IMG/VR virus record: IMGVR_UViG_2551306257_000004
Location: 3,278-35,277 of that record
Reading direction: 5' to 3' (one strand)
Length of the DNA stretch: 32,000 bases
Source: a virus
Shown: positions 25,760-30,857 of the stretch, in pieces
Layout of the letters: each line of letters opens with the position of its first letter
Numbering within the stretch: position 1 is the stretch's first letter
Notes under the pieces: model-generated
What the model was told of the DNA's origin: nothing
What the model saw: only the letters and a program-made list of their open reading frames with translations
The model's database searches: none
Translations under genes and position numbers: made by a program

Positions 25760-25900
25760 CTACGCCACATACTTTCTACCTAGCTCTCTGACAAGGCGGA
25801 TGTATCCTGCCTTATCAGCTAGACCTGTATCCAGTAGCTTTTCCTTCTCTCCTGCCGTGGCACGTTGCCAGACAAGATTTTCACGTTGTTGCCATTTCAT
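25760..25900 (-). CDS. Small ORF (46 aa), not in the track.
   Basis: The ATG lies 6 nt after the upstream stop. Translation: MKWQQRENLVWQRATAGEKEKLLDTGLADKAGYIRLVRELGRKYVA*. Confidence 0.35.
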   Translation of the reverse strand: MKWQQRENLVWQRATAGEKEKLLDTGLADKAGYIRLVRELGRKYVA

Positions 25901-25906
25901 CGCTGA

Positions 25907-26236
25907 TTAGTCCTTAGCCAAAATATCAAGCAACCTCTCGATTGAGTCTTTGACGCCATCAGTATCTTTGACTGGTTCAGCTAGCTCTTGCCCGTCCAAG
26001 GTGATCAAGGTATATTCTGCCTGCACCTTGATTGGTTCAGCATCGAACAGCATTGCCATCGCCAAGTACTTCTCATGGTCCTCGCCGTAATAATATTCTT
26101 CTGGAATTTTCAAAGCATCTTCAACATCGCTCGACCAACCTGCCGAATATGCTAAAACGTGTTCGTTGTTTTTGTAACTAGATAGATAATCACCTTTTTT
26201 GTTTCTCAATACGATAAATGTGTTTGTTTGTTTCAT
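25907..26236 (-). CDS. Hypothetical protein.
   Basis: 109-aa ORF with AGGAGG-like sequence (CACAGGAGGAAAATC) upstream of the ATG. Confidence 0.55.
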   Translation of the reverse strand: MKQTNTFIVLRNKKGDYLSSYKNNEHVLAYSAGWSSDVEDALKIPEEYYYGEDHEKYLAMAMLFDAEPIKVQAEYTLITLDGQELAEPVKDTDGVKDSIERLLDILAKD

Positions 26237-26415
26237 GATTTTCCTCCTGTGGATAACTTCTGTAAATCCCTATTATATTATTTATATATAACGATTAGTT
26301 TGTTTTTAAGTTGGTTTGAGGCTTTAGCCTCTTATTGTTCATTAGTGGGCGATAGCCCCTAGATTATTATTAAGTTAGTTATTATTTTTATTTAGTTATT
26401 ATTAGTGTCGGGTTT

Positions 26416-26477
26416 TTCAACTTTTGAAAAATACAACTTTGTAAAATTCAACTTTTGAAAAATACAACTTTGTAAAA
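26416..26477. repeat. Perfect tandem 31-bp direct repeat x2, iteron-like, inside a putative replication origin.
   Basis: TTCAACTTTTGAAAAATACAACTTTGTAAAA occurs at 26416-26446 and again at 26447-26477. Each unit carries two CAACTTT(T)G submotifs, and an inverted copy (AAGTTG) follows. The flanking 26260-26410 is very AT-rich with short GC hairpins. Confidence 0.8.
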
Positions 26478-26493
26478 CCCGTAAGTTGTAAAT

Positions 26494-26859
26494 TCACTCT
26501 GACGATTCACCTGTGGATAACTCATCATCAACCTTTTCTTTCCAGTACTCCCAATAGCTATCTGTGATAGGGATGTCGGAAACTAAGGGGTAGTTCTGAA
26601 TTCCTCTTCCTCTCCCTAGACTTTTTCTGTAGATACGTATATAGCCGCTGTCTTTTAGTTCTTCAAAGGCATTTCTATGAGCTTCTCGACCGTTCTTTGA
26701 GCGTTTGGAAAGTTGATCGATGTACGGTCGCCAAGTATCTTTGTTCGACATCAGTACAAATAATAACCCTTTAGCTTGTAAACTGAGTTCGCTGTTTTGT
26801 GCAGGGTGATTATTTATTTTAGAGTAGTTTTCATGCGTGTTTCTGATGATGTACTGCAT
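26494..26859 (-). CDS. Winged-helix DNA-binding protein, a candidate origin-binding or replication organiser.
   Basis: 121 aa. The pattern ...INNHPAQNSELSLQAKGLLFVLMSNKDTWRPYIDQLSKRSKNGREAHRNAFEELKDSGYIRI resembles DnaD-N / replisome-organiser-type wHTH domains. It is directly adjacent to the iterons. Confidence 0.45.
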   Translation of the reverse strand: MQYIIRNTHENYSKINNHPAQNSELSLQAKGLLFVLMSNKDTWRPYIDQLSKRSKNGREAHRNAFEELKDSGYIRIYRKSLGRGRGIQNYPLVSDIPITDSYWEYWKEKVDDELSTGESSE

Positions 26860-26911
26860 AAGCCATAACCATTCCTCCTAAACTCCAACAATCACAAGTT
26901 GAAGCGTGTTA

Positions 26912-27037
26912 TCAATCGCTGTCATGTTCGTCATATTCCAAAATCCTTTCTACATCCTCAAGATGTTCAGTGTCGCCTGTCCGAAGAAATCGGTCGCACG
27001 ATTGAGTTATAAGTTCTAATCTGACCATGTTATTCAT
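26912..27037 (-). CDS. Possible small ORF (41 aa).
   Basis: The ATG lies 1 nt after the upstream stop. Translation: MNNMVRLELITQSCDRFLRTGDTEHLEDVERILEYDEHDSD*. Confidence 0.3.
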   Translation of the reverse strand: MNNMVRLELITQSCDRFLRTGDTEHLEDVERILEYDEHDSD

Positions 27038-27038
27038 C

Positions 27039-27185
27039 TCACAACCCTGCCTGTAACTTAGCGATTTTTAAATCTAAAGCCAGTTCATACATCGATTTCT
27101 CTTGATACATTTCAAAAGGGTTCCCAGTCAATGCAACAAGATTTTCAATCAAGTTGATACGTCCAATCCCATTACTAATTTGCAT
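27039..27185 (-). CDS. Small ORF (48 aa).
   Basis: The ATG 27185 overlaps the end of ORF 27175-27450. Translation: MQISNGIGRINLIENLVALTGNPFEMYQEKSMYELALDLKIAKLQAGL*. The track's 117-aa version overlaps the upstream ORF in another frame. Confidence 0.4.
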   Translation of the reverse strand: MQISNGIGRINLIENLVALTGNPFEMYQEKSMYELALDLKIAKLQAGL

Positions 27186-27450
27186 GTCTGCCCCACTTTC
27201 TAGCTGAACGAACCGGTGCATCATCAGCAAACTTGATTGGTTTCCAGTTTGCAAGAGACTGTTTAACACGGTTCTTCCAGGCTTGTCTATCTGCTTCAAC
27301 TGCACGTTCACATGCCATAGCGATTTTGTAGTCGAGCAAAAGCTCCTGATCTCGTTTCTTCCGCTCTTTCTCAATCTTCTTCTGTTCCACAATGCCTACT
27401 GCCAAGATTGGCACTGCGAAAATTGATAATGATAATAACGCTTCTGTCAT
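27175..27450 (-). CDS. Small membrane protein.
   Basis: 91 aa with an N-terminal TM helix (LLSLSIFAVPILAVGIV) followed by a charged helix. It has an ATGA overlap with the upstream gene. Confidence 0.5.
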   Translation of the reverse strand: MTEALLSLSIFAVPILAVGIVEQKKIEKERKKRDQELLLDYKIAMACERAVEADRQAWKNRVKQSLANWKPIKFADDAPVRSARKWGRHAN

Positions 27451-27758
27451 GCAGAAAACCTCTTTTCTATTTCAATATTTTTCAACATTTCTGCCAATGT
27501 TTCTTTCTTCGGTCTGTATCGATTGCGACTTTTCCACTTTACAAATAGACCGAATCCTTTGTAATCAATAAACACAATCTTATGAGTAGGGTTAAAAACG
27601 TATTGTCTAAAGTCCGGATGCTCACGCATTTCTGCCGCCCAAACTTTAGCCGTTGTAACAGTCAATCCTTCCCAGATTTGGCAAAGGTGTGCATAGTCAC
27701 CAGCTTCTGCCTTTTCAGACTGTTTAGCCGGTCTATAGACTAATTCTGCTTTTGGCAT
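27447..27758 (-). CDS. Hypothetical early protein, possibly DUF771/excisionase-like.
   Basis: 103-aa ORF with an AAAGGGA RBS. The family assignment is from memory only. Confidence 0.4.
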   Translation of the reverse strand: MPKAELVYRPAKQSEKAEAGDYAHLCQIWEGLTVTTAKVWAAEMREHPDFRQYVFNPTHKIVFIDYKGFGLFVKWKSRNRYRPKKETLAEMLKNIEIEKRFSA

Positions 27759-27837
27759 AGCAATTCATCCCTTTCTGTGATATAATTTTCTTAGTTAATT
27801 TTATTGTGCCCCTGACCTCGTCATGGGGCTATTTTTA

Positions 27838-28032
27838 TTAGCTTTTTGCTAATTCGTCCAGACTCACATCAAGAGCCTTGGCGATTTTTTTTACTGTTTC
27901 AAAATGCAAATCTTTAACCTTTCCGTCACGAAGTCGATAAAGCATTGCTGGATCAAGTCCTGCATTCAATGCTAGCCTATAAACCGAAAAATTTTTTTCA
28001 GCCAAAATTCGTTCGATATTTTTCCACAACAT
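27838..28032 (-). CDS. Small XRE-family HTH protein.
   Basis: 64 aa. NFSVYRLALNAGLDPAMLYRLRDGK...TVKKIAKALDVSLDEL is a classic Cro/C1-type HTH. Confidence 0.75.
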   Translation of the reverse strand: MLWKNIERILAEKNFSVYRLALNAGLDPAMLYRLRDGKVKDLHFETVKKIAKALDVSLDELAKS

Positions 28033-28094
28033 ATTGTTTTACTCCTTACCAATATTTATATAATTAGTTTTATGCCTATATAGATTTATATACT

Positions 28095-28132
28095 ACATAT
28101 AGTGCGGAATTTTATTCACATACACTATATGT
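28095..28132. promoter_or_regulatory. Perfect 10-bp inverted repeat, a candidate operator.
   Basis: ACATATAGTG (28095-28104) and CACTATATGT (28123-28132) are separated by 18 bp. The right arm abuts the -35 of the + strand promoter. Confidence 0.4.
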
Positions 28133-28160
28133 TGACAATCTTGCTTTTTTATACTATAAT
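28132..28160 (+). promoter_or_regulatory. Consensus sigma-A promoter.
   Basis: TTGACA (28132-28137), an exact 17-nt spacer, then TATAAT (28155-28160). Confidence 0.65.
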
Positions 28161-28213
28161 AAACCCATGACAATCAGGAAAATAAATCCAACTTTAACTA
28201 CCAAATCTGGTGA

Positions 28214-28251
28214 TTTTCTCCTGTGCGTCAAATATTATGGAAAGGAGAAAA
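28214..28251 (+). promoter_or_regulatory. 5' UTR hairpin that sequesters the Shine-Dalgarno sequence.
   Basis: TTTTCTCCT (28214-28222) is the exact complement of AGGAGAAAA (28243-28251), which contains the RBS for ATG 28256. The loop is 20 nt. Confidence 0.45.
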
Positions 28252-28255
28252 CGAT

Positions 28256-28600
28256 ATGAGCAACAACTTAGCAAAATCTGATATCCTAGCAGTACATAAT
28301 ATGATTGCTGAAGATACAAACCATAAGTTAATGATCCAGACAGCTGCTGGACAATACGTTGGTAAACTCTACAATCCCTCTAACGCAGAGCATTCTTTTG
28401 TATCAGCGATTTCTCAAAAAATAAATGATTTGAGACTTTCTGAATATGATGAAAAAAATCCAACAGCAATCTTTATGGTAGACGTTGAACTTCGGACCTC
28501 TTCAATTGCTGGTCCATTCAAACTGCCGTATGTTTGTTTATTTTTAGATCAAATCCTTGGTGTTTCAATTGGGAATTACGAACAGCCGATTGAAGAATAG
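28256..28600 (+). CDS. Unknown 114-aa protein, moron-like and opposite in orientation to the surrounding early genes.
   Basis: I set the start at ATG 28256 (MSNNLAKSD...), 8 nt after AAAGGAG. It has its own promoter and terminator. I recognise no family. Confidence 0.6.
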   Translation: MSNNLAKSDILAVHNMIAEDTNHKLMIQTAAGQYVGKLYNPSNAEHSFVSAISQKINDLRLSEYDEKNPTAIFMVDVELRTSSIAGPFKLPYVCLFLDQILGVSIGNYEQPIEE

Positions 28601-28682
28601 CGTTTGAGTCTATTGACAAGTCTATCGATGCTCCGATAGACTTTTTCATTTGTCCGCTATACGGATAACGTTTCGGTCTCAT
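28518..28682 (-). pseudogene. Probable remnant of an early gene truncated by the + strand cassette.
   Basis: The ATG 28682 follows GAAAGGA. The first 10 aa, MRPKRYPYSG, match MKPKKYPYSG at the alternative start (18154) of ORF 17903-18169. The rest reads through the + strand terminator and is antisense to the 114-aa ORF. Confidence 0.3.
28619..28647 (+). terminator. Rho-independent terminator of the 114-aa ORF.
   Basis: AGTCTATCG-atgctc-CGATAGACT followed by TTTTTC. Confidence 0.7.
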
Positions 28683-28712
28683 GGTTTTTCCTTTCTATGT
28701 TTTTGAAAAAAA

Positions 28713-28730
28713 CGTTCTCTTTAGTGAACG
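28713..28730. promoter_or_regulatory. Distal operator-like site.
   Basis: CGTTCTCTTTAGTGAACG has perfect CGTTC/GAACG inverted half-sites. It matches the site at 28964-28981 at 15 of 18 positions. It overlaps the cro-like stop codon. Confidence 0.45.
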
Positions 28731-28939
28731 ACATCTGTAAAAAAAATACCCAATTCATTTTTTGAGAATCCTAGTATGCTAGCAACTTTTGCAAGTTCGT
28801 CAGCATCAAACGGAACTATCCCATTCTCACGCTTTGCGTATCGCGCTCGGTCTTTCCAGCCCATTTGTTGTGCCATATAATCTTGCGTATAGCCTTTTGC
28901 AATTCTTTCTGCCTTAATACGCAGATAATTCAAAGCCAT
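28721..28939 (-). CDS. Cro-like XRE-family HTH protein, first gene of the lytic operon.
   Basis: 72 aa with GYTQDYMAQQMGWKDRARYAKRENG. It is divergent from the cI-like gene. RBS AAAGGAG is present. Confidence 0.75.
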   Translation of the reverse strand: MALNYLRIKAERIAKGYTQDYMAQQMGWKDRARYAKRENGIVPFDADELAKVASILGFSKNELGIFFTDVVH

Positions 28940-28963
28940 AACATTCTCCTTTCTGTCAGATTT

Positions 28964-29017
28964 CGTTCTCTCAAGTGAACAACCTTAGTTTACACCTTAC
29001 GTTCTTTTTTGTCAACA
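28964..29017. promoter_or_regulatory. Two operator-like sites in the switch region.
   Basis: CGTTCTCTCAAGTGAACA lies at 28964-28981, just downstream of the lytic -10. CGTTCTTTTTTGTCAACA lies at 29000-29017 and overlaps the lytic -35. Confidence 0.45.
28987..29015 (-). promoter_or_regulatory. Early lytic promoter.
   Basis: - strand TTGACA (29015-29010), a 17-nt spacer, then TAAACT (28992-28987). Confidence 0.55.
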
Positions 29018-29059
29018 AAAAAATCAAAAAAAGTATAAAAAGTTTTTTCGTGGTTTTTC

Positions 29060-29088
29060 TTGTGCTTTTTTGGGAACGGTGCTATAAT
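29060..29088 (+). promoter_or_regulatory. Repressor (lysogenic) promoter.
   Basis: TTGTGC (29060-29065), a 17-nt spacer, then extended -10 TGcTATAAT (29080-29088). Confidence 0.55.
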
Positions 29089-29107
29089 TTACATAAGGAG
29101 TAAAAAA

Positions 29108-29839
29108 ATGAGAACAAATGATGAAATTATCACATTAATTGATGAAATAAGAAGAGAAAAAGGAATGTCTATTAGCGAATTAGCAAGACAAGTTGGAATG
29201 GCAAAATCAGGCATTTCTAGATATTTTAATAAAACAAGAGGTTTCCCTTTAGATAGAGCAGATGATTTCGCCAAAGCATTAGGAACCACTTCTGAATTCT
29301 TGTTAGGTGTACAACCAATCTCCAAAGATAATAAAATTCTCGAGATTTACAACAAGCTCGAACCAACTAGACAAGAAAAAGTCCTCGACTATGCCGAGGT
29401 ACAGTTGGAAGAACAGAATAAGGTTAGATCAATCTTTGAAGTTCGTGAGGATTCTGAAGATTACATTACTGACTATGTCGAAGGATTGGTTGCAGCAGGT
29501 CATGGCACATTCCAAGAGGACAATCTCCACATGGAAGTAAGACTTCGAGCAAGCAATGTCCCAGAAAAATACGATACAATCGCAAAAGTGGCCGGCGACT
29601 CCATGGAGCCAATGATAAAAGATAACGATTTACTCTTTATCAATGTGACAAGTAAGGTGGAAATCAACGACATCGGCATTTTTCAAATCAACGGTAAGAA
29701 CTTTGTTAAGAAACTTAAACGTGACTATGACGGACGCTGGTACCTACAGAGCCTAAACAATAGCTATGAAGAAATCTACTTGAACGAAGACGACGATATC
29801 AGAACCATTGGTGAAGTGGTGGATATTTATAGAAATTGA
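29108..29839 (+). CDS. cI-like repressor with an N-terminal XRE HTH and a C-terminal S24 (LexA-like) autopeptidase.
   Basis: I set the start at ATG 29108 after AAGGAG. The HTH is MSISELARQVGMAKSGISRYFN. A candidate Ala-Gly cleavage site lies in LVAAGHG. The catalytic Ser is in GDSMEP and the Lys in NFVKKLK. Confidence 0.85.
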   Translation: MRTNDEIITLIDEIRREKGMSISELARQVGMAKSGISRYFNKTRGFPLDRADDFAKALGTTSEFLLGVQPISKDNKILEIYNKLEPTRQEKVLDYAEVQLEEQNKVRSIFEVREDSEDYITDYVEGLVAAGHGTFQEDNLHMEVRLRASNVPEKYDTIAKVAGDSMEPMIKDNDLLFINVTSKVEINDIGIFQINGKNFVKKLKRDYDGRWYLQSLNNSYEEIYLNEDDDIRTIGEVVDIYRN

Positions 29840-29858
29840 TATCAAATGGAGGAAATAT

Positions 29859-30728
29859 ATGGATATCAAAAGAATCATTAACTATATCTTAGCAAGCTGG
29901 AATAGAGTCGCTTGGTCATTATTTATTCTGGGTGTAATTCTTTCTTTTCTTATTCCTCCAATTGGTGGTTTATTCTTGCTCAGTGCCACCATCCTTTATT
30001 TTATTAAAATTAGAAAGCCCAAGCCCAAAAAGAATAGAGCAGCAGGGAAATTTTCTAATGATTATGATCACCACAATGCAAATAGTTTAGAAAATGACAA
30101 AGACTACAAAATAGAATTTTCTTCAAAAATTGTAAATTCAGACGGTGTGGCAATCGAAGACTACCCAAACGTTTCTAAATTTCGTGTTAATCCAAGTGGC
30201 GAACGTTACGATGATTCATACTATACAGGAACGCCATATAAACTTCGTGAACTACTTCTTTTAATTTGGTGGGGAAAAACAAAAAATCCTAGAAAACCGG
30301 ATAGTAAACCGCCACGTTATTTCTATTACGACTATCATTTGGAAACTAAGAAAGTTACTGAAATGTTTATCAAAGATAGTGTTCTAACCAAAGATGATAA
30401 AGAAAGAATTGTATTAACTGAGTATGGTAAAGAACTTTATGATGAATTTGAAATACTCTGGGAAATGCACTCTTACAAAGGTTTTTTGGGCGAATTACCA
30501 AATTTAGATAAAGAATTTGCTGATTGGGATTACAACACATACAAGGCTAATAATAATTTACTTGAAATTGCTCACTTGAAAGAAATTATTAATTTTAATT
30601 CTAAAATGCAGAAACAGTACCCTGCTAGCAGCAAACAATACAAAGCGTACCAGCAAGATATTGAACGCGACATGGAACAAATTGATTTTCTCTTCAGAGA
30701 GCTTGATAAACTTACAGGTAAAAAATAA
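29859..30728 (+). CDS. Two-TM membrane protein with a ~220-aa soluble domain of unknown function, located between the repressor and the integrase.
   Basis: I set the start at ATG 29859, 6 nt after GGAGG. The TM segments are WSLFILGVILSFLI and IGGLFLLSATILYFI, followed by KIRKPKPKKNR. GC content is low. I recognise no family. Confidence 0.6.
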   Translation: MDIKRIINYILASWNRVAWSLFILGVILSFLIPPIGGLFLLSATILYFIKIRKPKPKKNRAAGKFSNDYDHHNANSLENDKDYKIEFSSKIVNSDGVAIEDYPNVSKFRVNPSGERYDDSYYTGTPYKLRELLLLIWWGKTKNPRKPDSKPPRYFYYDYHLETKKVTEMFIKDSVLTKDDKERIVLTEYGKELYDEFEILWEMHSYKGFLGELPNLDKEFADWDYNTYKANNNLLEIAHLKEIINFNSKMQKQYPASSKQYKAYQQDIERDMEQIDFLFRELDKLTGKK

Positions 30729-30735
30729 AAAAAAG

Positions 30736-30771
30736 CCCCACGCTCAAAGATTGGACCCAGAGAGCGTGAGG
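30736..30771. terminator. Hairpin downstream of the membrane-protein gene. Its U-tract lies on the - strand side only.
   Basis: CACGCTC (30739-30745) pairs with GAGCGTG (30762-30768) across a 16-nt loop. It is preceded on + by A8 and followed by CAAAAGG. Confidence 0.3.
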
Positions 30772-30857
30772 CAAAAGGTAAAGAAATCTTTTCAAAAGAC
30801 ATTATCTTTTGAAGTGTTTTCTTATACCCATTTTAACAGAAAATGAGGTAAAAAACA

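Noticed and set aside
25623-25910. 95-aa + strand ORF.
   Set aside because: The opposite strand carries two coupled small ORFs with RBSs, one a perfect AGGAGG, in the orientation of the whole operon. The + ORF is Ser/Arg/Pro-rich and lacks an RBS.
26416-26477. Tandem 31-bp repeat considered as a CRISPR array.
   Set aside because: There are only two directly abutting copies with no spacers and no cas genes. The AT-rich context next to a DNA-binding protein gene fits iterons.
27186-27392. N-terminal two-thirds of the 117-aa track ORF 27039-27392.
   Set aside because: It overlaps ORF 27175-27450 in another frame. The 91-aa ORF has a plausible TM helix and start coupling. Only the last 48 codons, from ATG 27185, look genuine.
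27778-27837. + strand extended -10 (TGaTATAAT, 27778-27786) followed ~20 nt later by GCCCCTGAC-ctc-GTCAtGGGGC and a T-rich tail.
   Set aside because: Together they would make only a ~45-nt RNA. The hairpin sits right after the stop of the - strand HTH gene. It is more simply that mRNA's 3' or processing structure. It cannot be resolved without transcript data.
30791-30813. 8-bp inverted repeat TTCAAAAG-N7-CTTTTGAA upstream of the integrase gene.
   Set aside because: It is short and AT-rich and could arise by chance. There is no second copy in the window to support a binding-site interpretation.
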